A stretch of DNA of 64,000 nucleotides from Octopus vulgaris (taxonomy: Eukaryota), in assembly GCA_951406725.2 (NCBI GenBank), contig OX597817.1:36394001-36458000 (forward strand). Reading direction: 5' to 3'. The notes beneath the pieces were generated by a model. The model saw only the letters and a list, made by a program, of their open reading frames with translations, was not told the DNA's origin and searched no databases. A program made the translations under genes and the position numbers. Each line of letters starts with the position of its first letter. Position 1 is the first letter of the stretch. Shown here one piece after another: positions 40,892 to 53,150 of this stretch.

Positions 40892-41071
40892 CTTATTATT
40901 TATGGTTTCCTTTCATTGTAACCTTATTTCAGCTGTCTTTTTACCGGCCACTTTTGTTTTGCTATGAATGCTAAAATTATCGCCACATTTATTCCATTTT
41001 AGATGGAGAGTGCTTTCCGTAGTTATAATTTTTGTTGCTGTTGTTATCATTGTTGTTGTTGTTGTTGTTGT

Positions 41072-43922
41072 TTTGATTCTCGTTTTCTATTTGCGGTTGT
41101 TCTTTGCTTGAAAGCAGGCAATAACAAGTCACTAAAGGTTTCGAATAGTGCCTTCTGTGACTCAAAGAGACAATACTCTCCTTAGAATGCGAGCTGTATC
41201 CAACAATGCTGACTTCTGGATCACTTCGAACCTGACAGCAGCTCCAATATTCTTAACGTATTTTTCAAAGCTCTTGGAAACTGCTCCTAATGATCCAATT
41301 ACCACCGGTATCACCATTACTTACATCATGCCCAATAAATTCCCTATTTCGTCCCGCAGTGGCTGGTATTTCTCACTCTTATCTGTTTCCCTACATTTCA
41401 CCCTCGAATTGCCTGGTATTGCAGCATCTGTTATCTTTGCTTCTTTTTCAAGAGCGCTGCACACTAATGCCTCAGTGGTCCCTTTTAAGTCCCCTTTCTG
41501 CAGCTACTGCCATGTTCTATTCCAATCAATCTCATCTTTAATCTTCAAGTAATGACTGTCCATTTTCTTGTCCTGCCAAATTTTCTTCATCTGTTCTCTC
41601 TGATCTTTCTTAAATCGTTTTGAATCTACGCCATCGTTCACTTTTAAGGTTCCCTGTGTTTTTACTGCTTCAGTCATTTCTTCTTTACTCCCCTTGACAT
41701 ACCAAGCCAGGCTATTCTCCTCTTCCCTTACACAACCTTCACAACAAAATAATCCCCGCCCTCCTTCTTTCCTCTTTACATACAATCCTGACACATCACT
41801 CTTGGGGTGTAGTTCCTTGTTCATTTTCATTAGTTTACGTGTTCTCCAGTCTATCTCTTGTAATTCATTCTTCTTCCGAGATACCATTCCTACCCCATAT
41901 CTCATCAAGGCAAACTACCTCGTGTTCATTGCTTTAATCTATAATTTAGCTTCGACTGGAGCACAAGCCGAGTTCTCAAATACTCTTTCCTGTACACTTC
42001 TTTCATATTGTGTTCATTCATTTTATCTCTTTCAATGATACCCAGCTACTTATATCCTTCCTCTCCGACTTCCTTTGTAGTTTCGCCACTTCCCAGCTTG
42101 ATCCCATAGCTTTTACTGATTTTCCCCTTTTTTGAGAATCATCATACCGCATTTCTCGATCCCAAATTCCATGCCAATATCTTCGCTAATCATCTGCTCA
42201 GTTGCCATCAAACTCTCAAGTTCTTTCTCAGTACTTAGCAAATACCTCTAGGTCATCCATAAACCACAGAATCTTTGCATTCACCCTGCCTAGCAAGTAC
42301 CCCACACGCATCTTTCTTAAGATATTCAGGATATTGTGGGAGACCTTAAGCAGTTTAAGGCATTCAATCACCACAAGTCATATGCTTTCCTGTAGTTCAC
42401 CCATGTCATCGCCAAATTTTTGTGCCTCTTCTTGCAGTTAGCCAGGATAGTCTTATTGATTAGTAATTGAGCCTTCGTTTGTGTGCTCTTACGTCTACAT
42501 CTCTTTTCTTCCACTGGTAGTAGGTTGTTCTCATTAGGTACTTATAGATGTTGTCTGATACGATGCCCGTCATTAGTTTCCACATCAATGGTAAACAAAA
42601 TATTAGCCGGAAATTTCCAACCGCATTCCCTTTACTTGAGTCCTTCTGGCATAGTACCGTTCTTCCTTTTGTCATCAAGGCCGATATTTGGATGTCACTA
42701 TTTCGTCCAGCTGTCTCGCAATTCTCCTATGCAGGGCTCTCAAGTTTTAAAGCCAAAAGCCCTGAACCCCATCCGGGCTAGGCGCTTTCCAGTTAGAAAT
42801 TCTCTTGAACTGTTATCTAATCATCTCCTTGATTATTCACAAATCCTCCTGCTGATAATCTCCATTCTCCTCTTTGAGTGTCTTTAACCACTCTGCTTCA
42901 GTTTCGTGTTGTTTCTCCTGAGACCATATTTTTGCCCAGAATATTTTGCTTTCTTTAGCATCCAGCACGGCTTTTACACCATTTTCTTTCCCATCCAGTT
43001 CCTGATAGAGTCATTTCTGATTTTATTCGAAAAGTCTGTTTAATCTGTATTGCTCAATTCTCTGTTCATATCTCTTTAGTTTATGTGCTTTAGCTTTTAA
43101 CCTTGGGTTTTATTCCTCAATCACAACATTGATTCCCTTTCTCTTCACTCTATGCTTCCTCTCTAGCGCAACATATTTGTCTTGCTGAGCTTCATTTCCT
43201 TATATTTCCGTTCCGGAATATCAATATGCTTTCTGGTCTCGTTAATAGACTGCGTTATTCTCCTTTTTCACCATGGTTCTTTCAGGCTATGTTAACATTT
43301 ACCTTTGACTTTTAAACCTAACTTCTGTGCTATAAATATCAAGGTTGCATTTATCAGATTGTTGGTGCCTGTGATGTTGTCAGTCCTGATATCACCAGTG
43401 ATATCCTTTATCTTCCGACCCATGCATTAAGTTTCTTTCTGTCTACTTCTTTAAACCCCGTATAAAAGCTCTGTTCACCAGAGGTCCATATAACAATAAT
43501 TTCAAATAAAAATGGATATCTGTACCTCAGTTTTCTCATCGCTTTCCTGATCAATAACCTCAGCCTCATGCTCATTTTCTTTCTCCAACTCTACTGCCAT
43601 AGTGTCACTGTTCGCATCCTCTTCCTCATCATTCCGTTCACCGCTGATCTTACTATACCTAAGCACCAGTCTCTTAATGCTTTCTAGTTCAACTGGAGAT
43701 AACTATTCATTATTTCTGCTAGCTCTAGCTTGGTCACACAGATTTTGCTCACTTAATTCAAAAAGGCCCCTGTCGCTCCATGCCCTGTGCATACTTTTCC
43801 TAAATCTCCTTGCTGGTACTTCATTATTATTTCTCGGATTACCCAGAAAGTAGCACTCCAGTCTTCTTGCATGTATGCCACTGTCTCGTTCCAAGTCCTA
43901 CACGCTCTACATTTTTTGACAC
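41072..43922 (-). mobile_element. Nearly full-length, degenerate R4/Dong-clade LINE (RT plus restriction-like endonuclease)
   Basis: Minus-strand peptides EQNLCDQARA, NFRLIFCLPLMWKLMTGI, WFMDDL, LHPKSDVSGLYVKRKEGGRGL, VIPVVIGSLGAVSK and IQKSALLDTARILRRVL; abuts (TAA)n at the 5' side and (CAA)n at the 3' side. Confidence 0.88.

Positions 43923-43991
<69 letters not shown>
43923..43991. repeat. (TTA)n microsatellite
   Basis: Direct reading. Confidence 0.95.
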
Positions 43992-44378
43992 CATTGAGTG
44001 GGAGAGCAGTGCATGCTATCAAAGTGACAGTGAGGTAAAATATACGAAGCCCAGTATACCCATCATAATTACCCGTCTGATAAGGATACACCTAGCACAT
44101 GCATCACAACCATATGTGTGCGACCTGGTGGGGGCCCAGTTAGAATTTTTTTCAGGTTGAGTAGCCCATCCCACTCAATAGGTCCCTAAATAAGGGTTGT
44201 TTAAGGATGTTGAACGAAACACTCATGTTTCCAAAGGTGAATGATCCAAACTCCAAAGAATTCATTTCAGCACATGGCTATGATGCTCCCCCACTACTTC
44301 TGATCGTGATCAGAGATGCACATATCGTCAGCCACTAAGGGACATGCTGAAGTCCTTAAGGGTAAACAAATGACAAGT
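43992..44378 (-). mobile_element. Probable 3' UTR of a second R4/Dong-like family
   Basis: GC-richer non-coding block running on the minus strand directly into (TAA)n; recognised as a common octopus repeat from memory, not verified. Confidence 0.5.
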
Positions 44379-44389
44379 AATTTTTTTTT

Positions 44390-45560
44390 TTTGTTCCACA
44401 TTTTCCTGATTTCTATCTCTAAGTCCTTGTATTTAGCTACTTTGATTGAGATATTCGAACAGCTGTTACTGTCATGTCTATTAGAAAACAGGTATTTTGT
44501 CTATGGTTTTTTACAATAATATATGGACTATTGGCATTTATTTGTATGTTAGTATTGATGGTAAAGTCCCACGGAATAGTAACTGAATTACCATCTGTAA
44601 TTGGTTTCTAGTGGTATTCATACCGATTTTCGGATGCGGTATGTCATAAAGACAACAGATTTTCCAATGTAAGTACTTCTCTATTCAGTCATGTCAGGTT
44701 TTATACATGGTCATTGTGAGTTTAGAGCAGCCAGCCACAATGTGGTCGATGGTTTCAATAGTATTATCTCATAGTCCACAGTTTGGGTGAGCATCATTGT
44801 AGAGGATGTTTGCTCGGTAGTTTGTTGTGAGTAGTGATTAATCTGAGTCGCCATTATAAAAGCTCGAGTTTATGTTTTAGACCTGAAGAGTGCAACTACT
44901 GATGTGTTGTTTATGTATCTATAGCTGCTTCACTCGTTCGTTTGGGATACTGACAATGGAGAGGGTTCTCTTGTCATTTATCTATAAGCTTTCTAGGGCC
45001 TTCTTTCCTGTTCGCCGTGTTTTGCTGCTTCTGTTCGTATTGCAGCTTTGTCATTAAAATTTACACCTAACCTTACTTCTCTTTTATACTTCTATTCCTC
45101 TTTAATGGCAGAATGTAACTTGTTCCCTTCGTTTTGATTTACTAACTGTGTCATCCAGTCGTATTTATTCTGGATGTATGAATTAAGTCCTATTGCATTG
45201 GTCTTGTACGATAATTCTAGATGGATAAGACCTCTCCAACCTATTTTCGGGAAACGTAGATTCTATGAATATCAGTCTTTAAATAATGCATCTTGTTTGC
45301 CCTCATAAGTGTTCTTGTTTTCGCCTTCATTCGTTGGAGTTCATTTAAACCACTGGGACAGCTAGTGAATTAATGGTTTGAATTTTATTCTGGGAATTTA
45401 GTTCCATTTTTATAATCAAACATAACCTTGTATAATACTTTTTGCATGATTTATTCCCTCATAACACTGTGTTGGATCGCATTCTCCTTATTTGTTATCG
45501 GGTACTTATATATTCCATCTTGGTCTCATTATTCAACAATATTGTTGTCATTTAGCGCAA
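44390..45560 (-). mobile_element. Older, 5'-truncated R4/Dong-like LINE relic
   Basis: Minus-strand remnants HLKTDIHRIYV, CGL*DNTIETIDHIVAGC, WDFTINT, ANSPYII and KYKDLEIEIRKMW. Confidence 0.8.
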
Positions 45561-45922
45561 TGGGAGATGTAGAAACGAGTTATTATTGCTGTCGTTGTTA
45601 TGGTTGTTGTTGATGTTGTTTGATTTGTTGTTGTTGTTGTTCTTGCTGCTGCTGCTGCTGTTGTCCTTGTCGGTGTTGATCTTGTTCTTGTTATTCATTA
45701 TGAAAAGCTGATTCTGCATGAGAAGCTACTCGAGGTTTCTCGTTCCTGGTTCTGACGTAGATTCAATTTTGAAAATATACTGTTATTCCACTCCACCGAA
45801 CAACGGCTTTCAGTATTTTTTCACTTAATTGCAGTTCATAGCAGTGTGAAACCACAATCTCCTCTCCCTCCCCCTTCTCCCTCTCTCCTCTCTACCCCTC
45901 TCTATCTCTATTTGTCTCGCAT

Positions 45923-46030
<108 letters not shown>

Positions 46031-46065
46031 CTGTCTATCTACACACACACTCGCATATCTGTATA

Positions 46066-46111
<46 letters not shown>

Positions 46112-46489
46112 TCACTCACTCACACACACGCAGACACACACACAAACACACACATATAAGCACACACACATATATATATATATGTATGTATATGAAATGT
46201 TCGGTGATGTTTGGTTTCATAAATTACAGCAGTAATTATATATCGTCCTTGACGTCATTCATCTCCCATCGGCTCTAAGTTTCTATCTGATTACAAACAT
46301 ATGTGTGCATTGCTTGCATTGTTTCGTGAATAAATCTTTGAGAAACAAATTACTTAATCTTTGATTATAATACATCTCGATAAACGCTATTAGCAGTTAA
46401 TCGTCTATTAGAGTTCATTATATATGTAATTTATCCTTACTTTTAGTTGTTGAGAAGTCCATGCGTAGATTTCCTTCTAGCAAATACCA

Positions 46490-46955
46490 AATAGCTGTGG
46501 TGCAGGAAATTTGCTTTTCAACCAGATTTTTTCGGTTTCCGTCTCATTGCTGGGTACCTTGGGCGGGTGCCTTGGGCGGGTGCCTTGGGCGGGTGCCTTG
46601 GGCAGGTACCTTTGGCGGGTGCCTTCTATTATAACCACAAGCCGACCAAAGCCGTGTGAGGGGATTTTGTAGATGGAAACTGAAAGCAGCCCGTCGCACA
46701 CACACACACACATAATGTGTGTGTATGTATGTGTGTGTTTGTGTTTGTGTGTGTGAGTTTGTGTTTGACCCCCACCCCCCACCCAATCTGTTGAAAACCG
46801 TTGTTGCCTCATTTGCGTCTCCGTAATTTCGCGGCTCTGCACAAGAATAAGAAGCAGGCTGAAAAAAATAAGTACTAGGGTCGTTGAATTCGACTAAACG
46901 CTTGAAGACAGTGCCCAAGCATGGCTGCAGTCCAGTGATTGAAACAAGTAAAAGA
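46490..46955 (+). mobile_element. Diverged SINE family A with internal 13-bp tandem amplification
   Basis: Colinear with family A; (ccttgggcgggtg) about 5 times at 46553-46625. Confidence 0.8.
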
Positions 46956-47819
46956 TACAATATATATTTTAATATAGCAAAACTTAGACTAATAGAAAAT
47001 GACATCTTTTGAGTTAAATAACAAGGTTTGGTGGTTACCTGCTGTGCACTTGTTTCCAGAAATATTCTGTGGTTGGTCTTATACAGAATGTATACAGATG
47101 TGTGGTCGACTCGGTATTTGTTTTGTGGCCCCTTGCTGTTATTCACAGGGGTATTTCGTTTGGTAGTTTTTAATTTCCAGAAAGTTATATTTCCCTAAAA
47201 TATTAGCATTGTGTAGATGAACAGAAAGCTGTAATATGAGCTAACTAGAAGCGGGATGGAGGTTTTGATGTAATGGTGTGAATAATTTTTCAACAAAATC
47301 TATATCATATTTAATTTGGACGCATTTGACTTTAATACAAAATATGGGGGAAAAAATAAATGAATCTTTTCAATGTTGAAGAGATAAGCATATGTGTGTA
47401 ATGTTAGCATACTAGAATGATACGTCAAAAAAATTACAGTACAATACTTTATGTAAATTTAGAATCCAGTTTCAACCAGAGCTGAAATAGTTTCTCTGTT
47501 TCGAAAGCCATTAAACAGCAAAAAGAAGATAGTATAGCGAAGAAACGCGAATATAAAATAAATGATGTTCGCATTCTATGTGAAATTTTGAGGGGCAGCT
47601 TATTGAGTATGTGTTATCATTTCATAGTACACTTAAAATGGAACAAAAATACCAACATAAAACTGCACGAAAACGCAGCAAATACAAAAAATGACTGCAT
47701 TGGTATTCAAGGAATATACAATATAATTCAGTATAATTTAGTAAGAATTTTATATTGTATCGTGTGTATCGTATATAATTCACTGTATTCTTCAATTCAG
47801 TAAAGAGCTTTTGCATAAT

Positions 47820-47913
<94 letters not shown>

Positions 47914-48208
47914 GAATAAATATTAACTCGGCCAATACATGTTTTAGGGACGATGCCCACTATACTAATATTAATCGTGTAGGTTGTGTTCAGCAAACCA
48001 AGACACCGGGACCGACATAATCACACTATCTTCACAAGTCCACTGGTAATAGGCCAAGAGGCAATGAAGAAAGGTACAAGATTGTACTTGAAGTCTCTCA
48101 GCTTTGACCCGACACACAGGCGGTCGTAGAATGATAGTCGTCTTCCTCAAGCCTATACTACGCAGCTACGGATGTCTATGTGTTGGTATATTTGCTTTGT
48201 GAGAAGTA

Positions 48209-48774
48209 TTGGGTTGTCAGGAAAGTTCGTGCCGATTTATAGCAGCTTACGGTTCGACTTATTTTAGTACGTGGTTGAGTCCATAAAATAGGATTTGACT
48301 ACACCTCCATTTACAGCACAGTTTAATCTATCTTTTCGTGGAAGAAGGTTTATGCTCCTATAACCTGCGTTAATTCTGTAACACATAAAAATGGAAGATA
48401 AGAAAGTTCATTTTCGGCACTTGATGATTTGGGTACCAGACAAAAATTGCTGCAGCTCGCCTGGAATGTGATACCTCACCCTCCATATTCACCAGATATT
48501 GCTCCTTCGGATTTCCACTTATTCAGGTCTCTGCAGAATAGTCTTAATGCTAAAAATTTCATTTCATTGGATGACGTAAAAATATACCTTGATGAATTCT
48601 GTGCCATGAAACCACCTCAATTCTGGGAAGAGGGTATTTTCAAGTTGAAGGAAAGATAGAGACGCATTTGCGCAACAAAATGGTTCATATTTGGTTGATT
48701 AAAAATGCAATGGCAAGCATTTATTGACCTGTTTCTTTCCTTTAAATATCGGCACGAACTTTCCGGAAACCCAA
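48209..48774 (+). mobile_element. Non-autonomous mariner deletion derivative, same family as 14242-14803
   Basis: Same TIRs, TA flanks and the same internal junction. Confidence 0.95.
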
Positions 48775-49316
48775 TACGTAATTACACACACATACATGCA
48801 AACACATGCACTCACATATACACACATAGACGCCTGCGCGCGCGCAAACACAAATGCGCTCACACGCCTTCACATACGAAACGACAAAATAAAATTCATG
48901 CACGTTAATAATTCCATATTAATAATTCTAATATAGTAAATAAGTTTTCGGATCGATGTCGAAAAAGTTCCAATTTATTATTCGATATCGTTAAGAAATG
49001 TACGTCATTCAATATTCTGTCTTTTAATACTTGACGAATCCATTAAATATATATTCCAATATTTCCATTTTATTTATTCCTTAAATTGACAGACTCTACA
49101 CAGCTCTGGCAACTTTTTATATTTTCTCTCGTGATTTAATTTTATCAATATATTACTTTTAGTTTTACATTTAATTTGGGAGGAAAAATACTAGTTTCAT
49201 ATTCTAATGCGCTTTAGATGTTTTAAAAATAAATATTTATGCTTGTGACTCATATATTTACACTTGCACGCATTATGGTTCGCAGAAACATGCAAGCGCG
49301 TGCTAATGTACATTAC

Positions 49317-49403
<87 letters not shown>

Positions 49404-49470
49404 ATGTATATATAGATATATTATAGATACTTATATATATTCATGCGTACTTATATGTGTGTATGCACGT

Positions 49471-49883
49471 GCGTGGCTGTGTGGTAAGTATCTTGTTTAC
49501 CAACCACATGGTTCCGGATTCAGTCCCACTGCGTGGCACCTTGGGCAAGTGTCTTCTACTATAGCCTCGGGCCGACCAAAGCCTTGTGAGTGGATTTGGT
49601 AGACGGAAACTGAAAGACGCCTGTCGTATATATGTATATATATATATGTGTGTGTGTGCATGTTTGTGTGTCTGTGTTTGTCCCTCTAGCATTGCTTGAC
49701 AACCGATGCTGGTGTGTTTATGTCCCCGTTACTTAGCGGTTCGGCAAAAGGGACCGATAGAATAAGTACTGGGCTTACAAAAGAATAAGTCCCGGGGTCG
49801 AGTTGCTCGATTAAAGGCGGTGCTCCAGCATGGCCGCAGTCAAATGACTGAAACAAGTAAAAGAGAGTAAAAGAGACTAAAGA
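49471..49883 (+). mobile_element. Full-length SINE family A
   Basis: tRNA-like head gcgtggctgtgtggtaag through to the aacaagtaaaagagag tail. Confidence 0.94.
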
Positions 49884-49940
<57 letters not shown>

Positions 49941-50046
49941 TATATATACCGGAGTAAGCACATAAATGTAAAACAAGGTGGAAAAAAGAGTGCTCAGAGG
50001 TAGAGTAATATGCTTTATTTAAAAGCAGCAGTAATATAACAAAAAG

Positions 50047-50084
50047 CTGTTACTTAGAGTTTCACGGTCCTGTTCGTCGGACAG
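50047..50084 (-). ncRNA. Minimal type I hammerhead-like motif
   Basis: Minus strand CTGT CCGACGA ac-aggacc-gt GAA ACT cta AGT A ACAG: stem I 4 bp, stem III 3 bp, GUA site, core U4C. Confidence 0.6.
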
Positions 50085-50095
50085 TTTTGTTAAAG

Positions 50096-50170
<75 letters not shown>

Positions 50171-50420
50171 ATATATATATGTTGCTGCGTATATATGTAT
50201 ATGTACGCACACACATACTTAATTATGAAATTATATACATATGTATATATATGTTTGCATACAAATGTATAATGCATTATATTTGCGTGCATGTATAATT
50301 GTATTTGAATATATATATATTGTTGTATTTCGGGACGGTCATTTTTTGTCAAATAAACACACGCACTGTATATTTGTTCTTCACTTATTTATTACTGTTC
50401 ATATTCTAACTCATGTCCAT

Positions 50421-50466
50421 TGTCCCGAAATATTTCGTCACACATCTGTGTCCTCTTCAGAGACAC
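50421..50466 (-). ncRNA. Minimal type I hammerhead-like motif
   Basis: Minus strand gtgtct CTGAAGA ggacac agat gtgtgac GAAATATTTC gggaca; canonical core, palindromic stem III region, imperfect stems I and II. Confidence 0.6.
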
Positions 50467-50608
50467 TTTGCTTCTTCGTGTGTGCTCTTGCTCCACTTAT
50501 TTACATCAGGAGACTTAGAACACATATTTATAAACGTAAACACACACACACACATACACACACACACACACACACACATATGTATATATATATATGTACA
50601 TTACGCAA

Positions 50609-50674
<66 letters not shown>

Positions 50675-50702
50675 ATATAGATATATTATAGATACTTATA
50701 TA

Positions 50703-51260
50703 TACCGGTTTAGTAAATGTTTTTATCTTCATTTCACTTAATTTATCAAGCTTCTGTATTCCTAGCACATATTTCGCCTTAATGTACTGATATATGAAAA
50801 ATATATGGCTTGTGTTAGTAATACCAGCGATAATAATTATTTTTATTTTATCGCAATTTGATTTGTTTACATATTTCTCGATTAATTACGAGCGCCAGGC
50901 GATATACCAGAATTCCCTAGTTTTGTCGGGACGTTCGGAGTCTGCGCAGTGATATGATTAGTTAGGGAGAGTAAATCATTAGAAGCACATGCTTCTAGTG
51001 AGTTAGGATCCCAGAAAGACAGGGTCTCACTGAAGAATTCTCCCTGAGCAAATAAATTATCTTTATTGCTGAAAAGAAAGAAACTGCAGTCTGAGAATTA
51101 CCGGTTTAGTAAATGTTTTTATCTTCATTTCACTTAATTTATCAAGCTTCTGTATTCCTAGCACATATTTCGCCTTAATGTACTGATATATGAAAAATAT
51201 ATGGCTTGTGTTAGTAATACCAGCGATAATAATTATTTTTATTTTATCGCAATTTGATTT

Positions 51261-51265
<5 letters not shown>
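50703..51265 (+). mobile_element. Retrozyme-like or Penelope-derived non-autonomous element: 396-bp unit in about 1.4 copies
   Basis: Apparently identical 167-bp direct repeats at 50703-50869 and 51099-51265; hammerhead at the unit junction; TA-rich flanks; no ORF. Confidence 0.8.
51025..51096 (+). ncRNA. Type I hammerhead ribozyme
   Basis: TCTCA CTGAAGA [stem II 51037-51079] GAAAC TGCA GTC TGAGA; perfect 5-bp stem I, canonical core, predicted cleavage after C51091. Confidence 0.8.
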
Positions 51266-51299
<34 letters not shown>

Positions 51300-51308
<9 letters not shown>

Positions 51309-51630
51309 GGCAGTTTGTCTGTCTGTGTGTCTGTGTGTCTGTCAGGTTGTACCCTCACCCTGACCATGGCTTTCAACCGATTCTGATGAAACTTGACACA
51401 CACATAGCCCAATGTCATAATTCAAAACTAACGCAGCGAAAATTTTGAAAAGTTCCCCCAGTTCTGAAAAAACTCGATAAATTCGACATGGGGTCGACAA
51501 TCAGAAACACAAACCACAGACTGTCTAGGGGACGCAACTCGACCTTTTTACTTCTCAAAAAAAAACTCTCTAAAAATGCTTTATAGTTATTTCCCTTACA
51601 AACCCGAGCAACGCCGGGTGATACTGCTAG
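51300..51630 (+). mobile_element. Non-autonomous Helitron
   Basis: Starts in (TA)n followed by a (tgtc) tract; 3' hairpin acccg..cgggt about 8 nt before CTAG|T. Confidence 0.78.
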
Positions 51631-52494
51631 TATATATATAAATGTAAGAACCAGAGATTAAGGTGTAGGAAGAAAGTTAGCTACAAGCAATCCGTAGAAA
51701 ATCTAAAAACAACTTTCAGAAACAATAGTGGTTTATTGAGACTGAAGGTTGTGGATTCTTTTTTCTATCGATGTACAATAAACTGAAAAAAGTTCATTTT
51801 ATATTTCACGGTAGGTACCAGGGTTGCCGGGTATGCGAATAAATATGCAATAGCTACGGAACGGAGTAGAAAAGATTTGCTCGATTCTGATTGGATCTCC
51901 CATGCGTTAAGATGTACCTCCTTAAGACAAAGTAAACTTTCATTTAATCAAGATATCCTTGGCCTGAAGTGTAGCCTGTGGTATACACCTCGCTTGGATA
52001 TTTACCACTTCTGAAGTTCCGCTTGCTATGAAACATATGTAGTCCAGTATGTAGCCTGTTTCTTATCTATCCCATTCCCTAACTATGGTGTACACACACA
52101 CACATATATAAGTGTAAGAACTTACTGTGGACAAGGTTGCGTAGTGTTCAATTTTAAATAAATAAAGAAAAAAAAATACACATTAAGTACCTGACTTCAC
52201 CGATGAGTGAAAAATGCGTAACTTCGAATGAACAAGCAACAACAGAGTGGACGTACTACTGCGTTGAACAGTCGGCGAAGACAAACATTAAGGGCCGTTA
52301 GGTCAAGTCGAATTCTAGTGGGTAACGCCTGAGAGAAAGTTTGAAAGAATAAGGATAAGGACAGAGTCGCAGAAATTGTATATAAATGTAAGAAGTTATA
52401 GATATGTGTGTGTGTGTGTATGTGTGTATGTGTGTATGTGTGTGCGTGTGTGTGTGAGTGAGTATGTGTTTATGTGTATATGTATGTGTATGTT

Positions 52495-52640
52495 ATTGTT
52501 TAGGGTGTTCCACTGCTGATCTTAAGATTATGGTTTCGATTCCTGCAGTGGGCGATGCGTTGTGTGCGAGCAAATTTTTCACTTCTCTTTAGAGTCCACT
52601 CAGCCAAGAAGAATAAAAGATTCTGCAATAGAACGGTGCC
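52495..52640 (+). mobile_element. Degenerate SINE head and core (family C/D-related)
   Basis: B-box-like ggtttcgattcc and agtccactcagc core remnant. Confidence 0.45.
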
Positions 52641-52989
52641 CTGTCCAAATTACTATATAATAATATGATACACCTTCTCGAATACGAGTTGCTGATGTTA
52701 CCTTAGACAAAACCAATGAAATTTTTCCCTCCGATCAGAACCGGATCTTCAGAAAAACAAACAGTGTCATCTTAGGGTAACCAACCAAACGGAACGGTAG
52801 ATAACCCTCAAACAAAAACTAATTACCGAGCCCCCTGCAGGGAAATCAACCAAGCAGAACGCAGAACTTGATTATAACAAAAATAGGTTGTCCGAAACGG
52901 AAAATATTCGTGATGAAAATAAAGTGACGCCATGAAACCTACAACCAATCAAAACTTGTTCCTTGACCATGGTCGTCACCAGTAAGACA

Positions 52990-53150
52990 ACCGACTCAAA
53001 CACTAAAATTTGCCAAAACAAAAATATATTCTTTGAGCATATACATTCACGAGAATAGAATAAGACATCATCAAAATTACAAGGAATCAAAAATTAGATC
53101 CTTTCCCGTAAAAACATATATGTATACACTAAAAGATAGAACACAAAGTA
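52990..53150 (+). mobile_element. Possible ancient LINE endonuclease remnant
   Basis: Frameshifted QESKL-like and YTLKDR-like motifs at APE-domain spacing; very degraded. Confidence 0.25.

Noticed and set aside
40120-40974. Poly-Arg, poly-Pro and poly-Glu ORFs of 142-217 aa
   Set aside because: Overlapping frames of a CTT/CCT low-complexity tract; no domain content or splice support
46553-46625. CRISPR-like array
   Set aside because: Contiguous 13-bp tandem units without spacers, in a eukaryotic SINE
52715-52755. Minus-strand CUGAAGA-UCCG..CGGA-GG-GAAA hammerhead-like string
   Set aside because: Two extra G before GAAA, no credible stem I and no repeat context; likely chance
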